This document shows positions 51,093-63,825 of a DNA stretch of 64,000 bases, piece by piece. Made by a program: the position numbers and the translations under genes. The DNA comes from Amoebidium appalachense (taxonomy: Eukaryota > Protista > Ichthyosporea), in NCBI GenBank assembly GCA_963693365.1, contig CAVNZM010000017.1:1837989-1901988 (forward strand), in the 5' to 3' direction. How positions within the stretch are numbered: position 1 is the stretch's first letter; every line of letters starts with the position of its first letter. The notes below the pieces were generated by a model that was not told the origin of the DNA, did no database searches, and was given only the letters and a program-made list of their open reading frames with translations.

Positions 51093-52461
51093 GACATGGA
51101 TGGGGGTGTTCCCCGGCCCTTAGGGCCACGGATGGCCTGGTTTAGGGGTGGATGCGCGAAGGATACTATTTATTAGCAGATAATAAAGAGCGACATTTGA
51201 ATCGATGTGTGCGACTGAATCGATGTGTGCGGGCGTCAAATGACACTGGGGGCCTTGATTTGGCCGTTAACGTTGGGCTACGTATTGCGGCAATGTCTAC
51301 AGCAATACTGAGCGCCCGGAGGGGCTGTATATTGATGCTCTTTACATGGGTTATTTTCTTTATTTACGGTTTCCTTTTTTAAAATTCTGGGCTGCCCCTA
51401 CATGATGAAAAACAAGAACACCGGCGGTGGCGCCGATGCGCGTCTCGCGGCCGACGTCGCGAGTCTCGCGACTCTGTCTGGCAAAAGGAATGTGGTCTTT
51501 ACAACGAATCGCCGTTTCACACAGACTACAATATGAAATAAGGGTCATGCTAACATGCTGATTTCGAACTAATCATAATCCGTATACTGAAGTGATAAAT
51601 GCTTCTTGAGATAGAGTTTTCCTTATTTGGGAGAAAGAATGTGAAATGGTATGTGTTCGGAAGGCTGCCGACTGTGCCGTGGCCGAGTCTCGAGTTCAAA
51701 GAATCCCTTGTCAGTGCCGGTGGACACGGCGTCTTCAGGGCTGTTCGCTTGGCGAAAAGTTTTTGTTTTTCTACGTGTGACTAGAGCTTACGCCCGACCA
51801 AAAGAAAATTTGCTCAAGTTTAATATCAGACGTTAGAAGTAGCAGGAGTGCGTGGTTGTGCACCGTAGACTCTGGGACCTTCTTCAAGTTATTCCTCTTT
51901 CCCGATTGAGAAATCCAGAACTGAAACCATAGTGCCTAGTGTTTCACTCTCGAGCATCCGAAAGCCGGTTTGGGATTCTCTTGCAGTTGGCCGCTGTAAA
52001 CCTGGAGGACTTGGTTTTCTGCTGAACGGTGACTGCTAACAGGTTGGCGAGACCCTTCATCCCAAGCTTGACATTCCTCTCTCATGTCGGTCCCTCCCCA
52101 ACCAAGCTTCCATCATAAATAGTCTGCACGAGAGCTTATCCTATCTTTGAGCTAAGGCCTCATTTTTGCGTTTGCATACGGGTAGCAGGTGGTTAGCTAC
52201 AGATACGCCATCACCGTTAGGGTAAGAAGTTTTGTTGGGGGGACACACATTATTCAAGTTCCACAAACATACGATAACCGTGACACATCATACACATTCA
52301 CATCCAACAGTGCACGACAAATATAACTCCTCCCTTTCACACTTGCTATGCAGGTACAAGCACACACACAAGCACGCCGTACATACAGACACGTGTGTAA
52401 ACCAACACACACACGCGCGCGCGCGCGCGCGCGCGCGCGAGCACACACACACACACTCGCG

Positions 52462-52508
<47 letters not shown>

Positions 52509-52944
52509 CACTAGTTCAGACGCATCACACACGTGCACAAACGTGTGTTGTTGCGTGTGGCACACAAGCACGTGAACACACGTACTTTCGGCTTACCTCC
52601 GGTTTTCTTCTCCGTACCTTACCAAAAAAGCGTTGATAGCGTTGATACACGATATTTGATCATTCCCCTTCAGCCATACCTTGTTTCTACGAAGTCACCA
52701 GGTCGAAATCCAGTTTGCTGGATTAGATATCTTATGCCCTGCCATTGTTCCCAAGTCTCTCATCCACCCACGTTTTGTACCAACCCGCGCATGCTTTCCC
52801 TAACGTAGATTCCTTCAAGCGCAATCACTAGTCAGCTCTTTTTTGGTCCCTCCAGGGATAAAGGTGCAGCTTTTCTACGTAGCGTTTTCCAGTGATGTTT
52901 CTGATACTAATCATCTCTATGTTTTCCAGAAAAAAGAAGCAAAA

Positions 52945-53645
52945 ATGGGGATCGAGGAGCTTGTAACGTCGGGGGTGCTTGAGCAGCGGTTTGATGTTGG
53001 GCCTGTTATTGGTCAGGTAGGAATAGTGCCTGTTGAAAGCCCCCCCCCCCCCCCCCCCCCCTCAAACACCACCCCCTCCCCCCTCCCTCTTCAAACCCAA
53101 CCCCCTCACCACCCTCCCCGCACACCCAACCCCTCCCCAACGCCCTTTTGCCCCGTTCACCGCAGCCTTCTCCTCTTGTCCTGGACGCCCCGCCCCCCCT
53201 TCCACCCTGGTCGCTTCTCTCGTACCCCTTCCCCTCCCCTTCCCCCTCCCCCTCCCTTTCCCCCATCTCCCTTTCCCTTTTCTCTTTCCTCTACCATCCC
53301 CTCCCCCCCCCCCCCTCCCCTCGCGCTCCCATCCCCCCAAACCCCACCCCCCACCCCCCAATACACTCACACGAGCCTATTTTTCATGTACATTCTTCTT
53401 CATATATAAAGGCACATGTGTGCTTAACCGCACAATGATGGACGGTGTGTATGTGTGTGTGTGTTTATGGATGTGTGTGTGTGTGGGGGGGGGGGGGGGG
53501 GGGGGGGGGGGAGAGGAGAGGAGGTCGGGTTGGTGGTGGTGGTGATAGCACCGGTGCCAGTGTTGTGAGAGACATGAAGGCGCCCCGTAGGGGGGGGGTG
53601 GAGGTGGGGGAGACAGGCGGGGAGGTGTGTGTGTGTGTGTGTGTG

Positions 53646-53679
<34 letters not shown>

Positions 53680-54083
53680 GCACGTGAGTATATTCCTACT
53701 TTTTTTATTTGTTTTATAAAAACTTTTTTTCTATATATACTTCTCTCATAAGTGAAAGAAGCTTTCATCTCACATTTTTTGTATAGGGGGCCTATTCGAC
53801 TGTCCGCCTTGCCACAGAAAAGGGCACCAAAAAGAAGGTGGCAATTAAATACATCGAAAAAGCCCGCGCATTTGGGGTATGTGTCCTGTTTCTGCTCTCA
53901 TTTTTCTGTTTTTTCTACTTTTTTCACAGTTTTGTTAATGCTGGTTGTGAAATCGGTGTGAGAAAGGGCTGTATTGTGTTACTGTGGTGTGGTGGGAAAA
54001 TGGTGACCGGGAAGCAGGAAAGAGACGGGAGTCAAACACCTCCCCCCCCTCCCCCCCCCCCCCCCCTTCTCCCCCTCCTATTC

Positions 54084-54114
<31 letters not shown>

Positions 54115-54790
54115 ACACACACTCACACAAACACACACACTTACACAAACACTCACAGAGTGGTGAGTGAATTTCTTCTGAGGTGTAATACTTTTGGTGG
54201 GATGGGGAGGGTGAAGAGTGGGAGGGTCTGCGGGCAGGGTGGGGCGAGAGAGTGTGTTTGTGCGCTCACGTGCACGTGCAGGGGGGGAAGGGCGGGAGGG
54301 GGGGGGGGGGGGAGGGGGGAAGGAAGGGAGGGGGAGGGAGGGAGGGAGAGAGAGAGAGAGAGAGGGAGAGAGAGAGAGAGAGATGTGGGGACGGAGGGGG
54401 GGAGAGGAGAGTGGTTGTTAGGGAGGGGGGATAGGGAGAAAGAAAGAGAGGAACTGAAGACGGAGGGATCCGGGGGGGGGGGGGGGGGGGGGGCGGGGCG
54501 CGACGGCGGGCAGGGGGGGGGGATGAGGGGGGGGGGGGAGGGGGTGAAGATAAAGGGAAAAGCATTTTGTTTTTCCAGGCGATTGACTGGTTAGTGTTTT
54601 TTTTTTTTGCCCAGGACATGAATCTTGAGACTGAGTGCCGCTTGCTGCGTGACCTTGGGAGGCACCCAAACATCAACGCCTTTCTAGGACTGTATGTGAA
54701 CAGCAAGTACTACATGATTGTGCTGGAGTACATGCAGGGAGGTAGGTTATGCTCTCTTCTCTCCCTCTCCCCCCCTCCCCCCCCCCCTTT

Positions 54791-54863
<73 letters not shown>

Positions 54864-55631
54864 CTCCCCTCCCCCTCCTCTGCCCCCCCCCCCCCCCCCC
54901 TCCCCTCTCCCCCTTCCCCCCTTTCTCCCCTCTCAACTCCCCCCCCCCCCCCCTCCCCCCTCCCCTTGCACCCCTCCATCTTACCATTTCCCTTCTTACC
55001 CCTCCCCAACCTGTCACCGCTCCTCCCGCCAGCATACACATGCGCTTATGCACATTCTCGACCGACCCCCCCCCCCCCCCCCCCCCCCCTCTTCCTCAAG
55101 CATCCCCTCCCCCCTCCCCTCCCCCCCCCCCCATATGCATACCATTGTCTGTTCACCCCTCTGCAACTATTGATACTCCCTGCTCATCACCAGCAACAAC
55201 TACCCTCTGTTCCTATGTCCCTGATCCTACAGTGGAATCCTTTCTAACTCTTTCTTCAACCCTTTCACTAAACACTGACCGTGTGTTTAACCCGTCAGGG
55301 GAGCTTCTGGACATTCTGATCCGGAGAGTGGAGAGCAACAGCACACCCTATAGTGAGGCTCAGGTGGCTGTGATCATGAGGTATGTAGCAACAATAATCA
55401 GTAAATTTCCTTGTGTTTGTGTGTGTGTTTTTTTTTTTTTTTTTTTTTTTTGGGGGGGGGGGGGGTTCTTGGATCAGGATATACTTTCTAGGCAATTCAT
55501 CCCTCCCCCCTCCCCCTCTCCCCCCTTTCTCCCCGCGCCCGCCAGCCCCCTCCCACGCCCCTTACTCATCAGATATGTGCACATACGCACACGCACGCAC
55601 GCACGCACGCACACACACACGTACGCGCGCA

Positions 55632-55664
<33 letters not shown>

Positions 55665-56098
55665 CACACACACACACATGCACACACGCGCGCACGCACA
55701 CAAAGAGACACACGAGCCCATCTATCAATCTATGCCTCAACCTACTTTGCTTGCTGTTGTTTTCCAAGACACACACACTTTCTCCCCCCCCCCCCCCCCC
55801 CCCCCCCTTCCCCTTGCTCTTTCTCCTTCGCTCGCTCGCTCGCTTGCTTGCTGGCTGGCTAGCTCCCCCCCCCCCCCCCCCCCCCTCCCCCCCTCCCCCC
55901 CTGTTCCCCCCCTGTTCTCACCGTCCGCCTCTCACTCTCCCCCTCTGCCGCTCCCCTCTCTCCCCCTCTCCATCCGTCTCTCCATGTTTCCTTGCCTGCC
56001 TCCCTCCCTCTCTCCCTCCCTCTCTTCCTCCCGCTCTCCCTCCATTCTCTCTCTCTCTTTCTCTCTCTCTCTCGCTCTCTCTCTCTCTTCACCCCCTC

Positions 56099-56150
<52 letters not shown>

Positions 56151-56586
56151 TGGTTCTCTGGTTCTCTTTCGCTCTCTCTCTCTCTCTCTCCCCCGTCCCC
56201 CAATCCCCATCCCCTATTCATTCACCCACTCACATGTCCCTTTTTCCTGACATAAGTTTCTCATCTACTCATGCTCACACATATACCCCCCCCCCTCCCC
56301 CCCCCCTCACACACTCTCTCTCTTCTCTCTCCCCTTGCCCCCTCCCCTCTCCCCCTCCTTCCCCCCGTCCCCCCTTCTCCCCCCCTTCTCCTCGTCCTCC
56401 CCCCAACCCCCTCCTCCCCCCCTCCCCCCACCCCATCCCTTCAGGCAAATTGTAGCGGCAGTTGAACACTGCCACAAGCACAACATTATCCACCGGGACC
56501 TCAAACCTGAGAACATCCTCGTTAGTGACGAGGTTTCCCTCGGTTCTGTCAACAGCATGTTCAATGCTCCCATCAAGGTTTTCCCC

Positions 56587-56618
<32 letters not shown>

Positions 56619-57224
56619 GCCCACCCCCCTTCCCCCCACACCTCCCCCTCTCTCTCCCCCTAACCTCGCGACCTCCTTGCATTCCCCCCCCCCCCCCCCC
56701 CCCCCCCCCTTGGGTCCTCCCTGAGGATGGGCTCTGCTTATGACGCATACTGTGCACATGGCTGATGTTGCATACTTGAATGTTTGCCTTTGCATGGGTC
56801 CTGCACCATGCTTCTCGTCGTGTATGCGTACTTCGTACCGTGTTCCGCATTCAAACCCCCCCCCCCCCCCCCCCCCCCCCCACCACCACCACCACCACTA
56901 CCCCTTCTCCCTCCTTCCTCCCCGCTCTCCGTCCTCTCGTTGTTCTCGAATGATGATGCTTTAGGCGTCCCTCCTTTCGTCTGTTTTGTCTGTTAAATAT
57001 TCTTTGTCCCACCTCTCCTCACGCTCCCCAAACACACACCACTGCCACCACCACCACACAAACATGGTCAGTTAAACTCATACCCAGTCTCCTTTTCCCT
57101 CCCTCCGTCTTCTTCTCATTCCACTGCCCCTCCTCCCCCCTTCCCCCCCTCCCCCCACATCCTTTTTCCCGTGGCCCCACTCATACACAGCCTCGATCTC
57201 TCTATCCATCTCACTCTTACTCCG

Positions 57225-57261
<37 letters not shown>

Positions 57262-57349
57262 CCCGCCCTGCCTTAATACACGCACCCGCAAGCACCAACA
57301 ACTTATTCTCTCCTGTGGCCCATCGTTCCGGGGAGTAAACACATTCATG

Positions 57350-57389
<40 letters not shown>

Positions 57390-57393
57390 TACG

Positions 57394-57472
<79 letters not shown>

Positions 57473-57475
57473 ATG

Positions 57476-57523
<48 letters not shown>

Positions 57524-57894
57524 TGTAGAGAAGCAAGAATCATGTCCGTTATGTTTTTTCCCCAAGCATCTTGTTTCTGTTTCTCACGCATGCCATGTTG
57601 GTACCGAAACTCAGGTTGCAGACTTTGGCCTAGCATGTGAGATCCAGCCCGGGCAAAAGCTTCGGCCAACATGCGGCACCCCAAACTACATGGCTCCAGG
57701 TGTGGCCCCCTTTACCTGCATAAACAGATTTACGTGAAATTTCATGAGATTCCATCGGTAGATTGCACGGCTATGCATAATAAGGTCTTGATTCAGAAAT
57801 ATGGGTACGTGTAGTCCTGTGCAAAGAGAAAAACGGCCACTGTGAGCATGTTTACAGACTATGTTACCGTAGTATCCTTTTTTGTTGCCCTTGT

Positions 57895-57936
<42 letters not shown>

Positions 57937-58043
57937 GGGGGGAGGAAAGGGATTCCACCCACCTGAATGTTGGTTCCATTTGTGTGTATGCCCGGGCTCT
58001 TTTCACGGACTTTTCAAATATTGGAATGGGGGCTATGTATGCG

Positions 58044-58081
<38 letters not shown>

Positions 58082-59174
58082 CGCACGCACACAGACACAC
58101 ACATACGCACACACGCACACACGGGCGTGCAGACGTCTGCCCTTCTTTCCCCCCTTTGCACGCCTCACTCTCCGTGTATGTTTCCGGCATCACACACACG
58201 GTTCAACACAAGGATGAAGCGTGCCACCTGACTTGAATGCTTGAGTGTTTGGGTATGGGTGCTTGTGTGTTGTGTGTGTGTGTGTAGGGAGAGGGGGGAG
58301 GGGAGGGGGGGGGGGGGGGGGGGGGAGAAGGGGGTGGGTGATAATGACAGCTGTGATAAAATGATTTGGGGGGGGGGGGGGGGGGGGTAAGTATTGAAAA
58401 ATCACAAAACGAAAGATGTTTGCACAAGAGGAACCTTACACAAGAGAATCAAGTGATGAGTTCGTGAGCAGAGTGTTATCAATTTCTGCAAAAATAGAAA
58501 GGAAGTGTTTTAAAATGGTCACGGGCCCAATGAAATTGTGCAGAGTCTAACCTTGTTTGGTGTGCCTGCAGAACGTCTTTCCAGGAAGCCGTACGATTGC
58601 GCTTCTGATATCTGGAGTATTGGGGTGAGTGGTGGCTGATTTCCAGTGTCCCCTCTTGCCCGATAATATAGGGGGACAGCTAGATTTCCCCCTATTCTCA
58701 TTAATTAAAAAATGTAGGCGCTACACCATATACGACGATTTATTATCTAAACTGATGCGTTCACATATTAATACACCTCGCTTATTGATACAATTTTGGC
58801 AAAAAAACGGGGGCTTATCAATACACTTGGGACACCTGTACAATGGATGGATGACGCACAGCAATATTACACCTACACACCGTTTACCATACTCAGGATA
58901 CCAAAACCGGTGGGCACGTAGGGAGATTTTGTTAGGTGAAAGAATGACAAATACGCATGCACGTGCGTGTACGCGCTCTCGTGAACACATTTGCACAAAT
59001 ACAAGAATATACAAGCACATACCCATACATACACAGACACACACACACACGTGCACACACACGCGCACATACACGCACCCACCCACATGCCCACCCACAT
59101 CCAACCCCGACCCCCCCAATCCCCCCCCCCTCTTCCCTCCTACCCACATGTACGCACGTTCACTCACGCACACG

Positions 59175-59226
<52 letters not shown>

Positions 59227-59407
59227 TAAACACACAAGCAAACGCACTCACACCCACACATACACGCACACACACACACACACACTGACTCCAACCCCCC
59301 CCCCCCCTCCCCCCCCCCCCCCCCCCCCACATCACACACACACATACCAGGAGAAAAAGGAAACCCCCGGCCAAACCCGATCGCTGACCTTTTCCCCTTC
59401 CACATCC

Positions 59408-59454
<47 letters not shown>

Positions 59455-60275
59455 TACACACACACACACACCCACCCCCAGACCCCTGCAGCCCTTCCCC
59501 CTCCACCCCTCCTCCCTTCCCCTCCGCCCTCCTCTTCCCCCCCCCCCCCCCCCCCCCCCCCCCTTCCCCCCCCCCCCTCCCCCCTCTCCCCTGCCCCCCC
59601 TCCCCCCAGGTGATCATGTACATCCTTCTAGCCGGTACTTTTCCCTTCTACGGTGAGACTGATGATGAGATTCGTACCTGTGCCTGCAACCCCAATGAGC
59701 CCGACTATGCCGGGGCTGAGTTCCGCGCTGTGTCCAAGCCCTGCCTTGAGCTGGTCAGGGATAGGCTGCTTGCAAAGGTATTAAATTTAATTTTACTTTG
59801 AAGTGTTTTAAGTTTAAACTGCTGTGTTGAGCTCGATCCTGATAAGCTGCTTGCGTAGGCAAACAACCCGTAAAAACTAACTCTCAAATCGATTTGCTAT
59901 TAGTTGCTGGTTCAGGTAAACGTGAAGATGGTAATCCGGGGTTATGTAGAGGTAAAGGAGTTGAATTATGTTGTTTTGTGGAGGCATGGGACCCCCCCCC
60001 CCCCCCCCCCCCCTGATGAGGTGCTCTGGTCAAGTTTTTTCACTGCAAGGGTGAAAAAACACATTGCATGGACCCCCCCCCCCCCCTCCCCTCGTCATCC
60101 TCAATAGCCTTACCCCTCCTCCTTCCCCTTTCGCCTTTACCTTCCCCACTTGCTCTCTCTCTGCTTCTTTTTATCTCACCAAAATATACAAGGTGCTTGC
60201 ACTCTCGCTCCCACCCAACCTTTCTCTTGCTGAAGCCATCCGATACACCAACACCACCACCCAGTCGTGTACACG

Positions 60276-60309
<34 letters not shown>

Positions 60310-60748
60310 CCACACACACACACACATGCCTTCTATGTCGCCCATCCGTCTCCCCCCCCCCCCCCCCCCCCCCCCCCCGCCCGTCCTCTTCCCCCGTTCC
60401 TCGGCTTCCCCTTGCTGCCCTCCACCCCTTCTCCATTTATCCCGTATATTCCTTCTGCACTAACATCACCAACATATCGAATAATGACCAAGTGGGGGTT
60501 TTAACTCTAAAATTTCCAGGATCCAGCCAAGCGCCCCACAGCAGCGGACCTTCTCAACCACCCGTGGATGACGGGCGAGCTTGCCTCTACATCTGAGCTG
60601 AGTGGTGCACTCAAGCAGCTCAAGAGATTCAACGCCCGCCGAAAGTTCCGTGCCGTATGGACCCCCCCCCCTCCTCGCCCCGCCCCCCGTGTTAGCGTTC
60701 GTGTACTTGTGCCGGTTCGTTCGTACGTGTGTATGTCCCTGTGTGTGT

Positions 60749-60805
<57 letters not shown>

Positions 60806-61692
60806 TGTGTGCGTCTGTGTGTGTGTGTGTATGGCGGCATCTGGGTGCATATCTCTCTGTTTGTTTGATGTGTGTGTGTGTCCTTCCATGTGTGTGCGCT
60901 TGTGTGGTTCATTTGTGGTAAGCGTTTGTGTGTGTGTATGTGTGTGTGCGTGTTGGTGTCAGCATGTGTGTGTGTGTGTGTGTGTGTGCGTGCGTGCGTG
61001 CGTGTGTGTGTGTGTGCGCGCGCGCGCGTTTGTCCCTGGTACGTCCACATGCTCGCGCATGTGTGTGCGCGCGCGCTTGTTTGCATGCATAAGTGCGTGT
61101 GTGTGTGCATGTGTGCATGTCCGTGTGTCCGTGTGTGTGTGTGTATGTTTTCTGTGTATTATGTGTACATGCATGCATACACCTTCGTTCCTTATGTGCG
61201 TGCGTACGTATGTGCTGGAATACCCAACTCCATCCCCCTCTCCTGCGCACCCCCTACCTCCAGCCCCCCCCTCCCACGTTGGGTTTCCTTGACGAGGTTA
61301 ATGGGTCAAAACTCAGGTACTGTGGATGACGTGGGCCCCCCCTGAGGAAGGCCTCTGCGTATTATGCATACTCTTTATGTGTGGTTTGCACTCTGCATCG
61401 TGTTGTCGATTGTTTATGTCTACTTCGTACTTTAAAGCGCATGCAAACCCCCCCCCCCCCTTCCCCCCCCCCCCTCCTCCTCCCCCCCCCCCCCCCCCCC
61501 CCCCCCAACCACCACCATGCTAACACATGTCACACACAGGGGGTCAAGGCACTTGTTGCATCCAAGCGTCTTCAGTCCGTGCTTGGTGGCCTCCACACCG
61601 AACAGTTGGTGGTGGAGTTGACACAGTTTGGCATTCGTGTCCAAAACGTCCTTGATTTGCACAAGGTGTGTAATAGAGTTGCTTATTTATTC

Positions 61693-61749
<57 letters not shown>

Positions 61750-62141
61750 TGGGGGAGGTTATGGTGTCGATTTGATGTCCATATTTTTGGGAGGCGAACA
61801 CTTTGGTATTCGCATCCAAAATCTTTTGGATTTGATCACCACCTTTTGGTATCTGTTTTAGGCGTTGGAATGCGTGCACAGTAATTTTTCCTTTATTTTA
61901 TTTTTATTTGTTTTTAATACATGTTTTATTGGTTTATTTATTTTTTATTTTATTTTATGATATTTTTGGGGGGGGGAGGGGGGGGGGTGCTCATAGTGCC
62001 CCCTTGGTGTTTTTGTTTTTGTGGAGCTGACGCAGTTTGGTATTCGCGTCCAAAACATTCTTGATTTGCACAAGGTTGCCATTTATTGGTTCTGTTCATG
62101 CGTTGCAAAGTCTGCGTAGTCATTTTTGCTTATGATTTGCC

Positions 62142-62193
<52 letters not shown>

Positions 62194-62665
62194 AAGGGGG
62201 GGGGGAGGGGGGGGGGGTAAGTTTATGTTGTCAGTTTGATGTCTTTTTCTTTGTGGAAGAAACACAGGTTGGTTGTTGCTTCCAACACGTCCTTGATTTA
62301 ATGGCTTTACGCACAAACTCACACAATCCTGCACTCCTCTGTCTCTCTCTCTCTCCCCCCCCCCCCCCCCCCCCTCCCTCCCTCCCCTCCCTCCCTCCCT
62401 CCCTCCCTCCCTCCCTCCCTCCCTCCCTCCCTCCCTCCCTCCCTCCCTCCCTCCCTCCCTCCCTCCCTCCCTCCCTCCCTCCCTCCCTCCCTCCCTCCCT
62501 CCCTCCCTCCCTCCCTCCCTCCCTCCCTCCCTCCACACCCACCCATCCCCCTCCCCCCACCCCTTCCCCTCCCCCTCCCCCCCCCCCCCCCCACCACCAC
62601 CACCACCACACACACAAACACACTCGCACTTCTTACTCTAACCATGTACCCACCCATTCTCCACA

Positions 62666-62700
<35 letters not shown>

Positions 62701-63051
62701 CACCCCCCAACACCCTCCACACACAGATATTTGGACAGGTGACCAAGCGTTCATACATGTGCGACAAAACGACGTTTGTGGACACCTTGGAGAAGGAATT
62801 GGAGATACCCAAACGGTCACTGCTGGAGGCGCTCTTTGACAGCATGAAGAACCCTGGGGGGGTACGTTCCTATCGTCCTTTCCCTTTCGCGTGTCTACGA
62901 TTCTTTCACTTCACTTCTCTATCCTTCTTTCGCTCCCACGTTATTATCATCCTTTCTCTTCCGCGTTTCTACCATTCTTTCCCTCCCGCGATTGTATGCT
63001 TCTTTCCCTTCCATACTCTATCGTCCTTTCAGCACCTTCGAAATCCGTCCC

Positions 63052-63086
<35 letters not shown>

Positions 63087-63586
63087 GAGAGAGAGAGAGA
63101 GAGAGGGGGGGGAGGGGGAGAGGAGATGAGGGGGGGGAGGGGGGAGGGGGTACGGGGGGGGGATTGGCATATATTTGTCGGCATGTCGTGTGTATCGTCG
63201 ATGATATAAGGAGGACTTTCTTATGTGATACCAGGTGCTGAACCGAAATCCAAGGCTGGTTGTGCTGCATGCAGTTGGACTTCTTTTTTTAGGCATTCAT
63301 AAAAGCCATTTCAGGAATACTGGAGAATACTGACGATATTTTGACATAGTAGTTCGAGCAACGAAACCTCTAGTTGGTTACTCCTTACCTGTTTGTGGAC
63401 ACAGCACAAATGATAATGACCATTGAAAGGAATCCTGGATAGTGTTAAAGCAAACCCCACTTACAGATGGTCAACACGCGTGACTTCTGCCTGTCTCTGG
63501 CCACTAAGATCGGCACCTCTGAAGACCAGACGCTGCAGCTGTGCTTTAACATCTATGATGCCGATGGGTCAGGCACAATTGACCAG
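52945..63586 (+). CDS. Ca2+/calmodulin-dependent Ser/Thr kinase with CaM-binding helix and visinin-like EF-hand region (CCaMK-like); 3'-partial
   Basis: Exons 52945-53016, 53787-53876, 54615-54741, 55299-55380, 56445-56577, 57615-57699, 58572-58624, 59610-59777, 60520-60654, 61540-61665, 62727-62861 and 63467-63586, all in frame. Motifs [59 protein letters not shown], and the EF loop [10 protein letters not shown]. There is a probable 5'-UTR intron (acceptor 52929). Confidence 0.92.
56712..56857 (+). repeat. Interspersed intronic repeat family copy
   Basis: Its 3' part (about 75 nt) is nearly identical to the reverse complement of 41176-41256. Its 5' part CCCTGAGGATGGGCTCTGCTTAT matches 41644-41666. 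Confidence 0.85.
61278..61449 (+). repeat. Interspersed intronic repeat family copy
   Basis: Colinear with the reverse complement of 41557-41728 (GGTACTGTGGATGACGTGGGCCCCCCCTGAGGA, ATTATGCATACTCTTTATGT). Confidence 0.85.
61795..62300 (+). repeat. Degenerate copies of the 3' half and donor of kinase exon 61540-61665
   Basis: GTGGAGCTGACGCAGTTTGGTATTCGCGTCCAAAACATTCTTGATTTGCACAAGGT at 62021-62076, with more decayed copies at about 61797-61835 and 62253-62298. Confidence 0.85.
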
Positions 63587-63597
63587 GTGTGTGCGTG

Positions 63598-63651
<54 letters not shown>

Positions 63652-63778
63652 GGTGGTGGTGGTGGTGGTGGTGGACGTGTGTGTCTGTGGGTGGACTGGA
63701 GGAGGGAGGGGGAGGGGGGTGGGGAAGCCACCTTATGGTTAGTTGTTTTTTTTTTTTCTTCGGAGGGGGGGGGGAGAA

Positions 63779-63825
<47 letters not shown>

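Larger units (their letters stand above)
46562..51107 (-). mobile_element. Non-LTR retrotransposon (LINE; APE endonuclease plus RT, two ORFs) with poly(A) tail and candidate 8-bp TSD
   Basis: Intronless ORF1 and ORF2, a short 3' UTR containing (CA)n, and a 45-nt T run at 46562-46606 (poly-A on the minus strand). GTTCCCCG lies at 46554-46561, abutting the tail, and again at 51108-51115. Confidence 0.93.

Noticed and set aside
51120-51150. Telomere-like TTAGGG motifs beside the LINE
   Set aside because: There are only two isolated occurrences, not an array.
51093-51180. HDV-like ribozyme at the LINE 5' end
   Set aside because: Hairpins are present, but I could not build the nested double pseudoknot or place the catalytic C.
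59839-59885. Hammerhead-like CTGATAA-GCTGCTTGCGTAGGC-AAAC
   Set aside because: Both core boxes are mismatched and stems I and III are not convincing.
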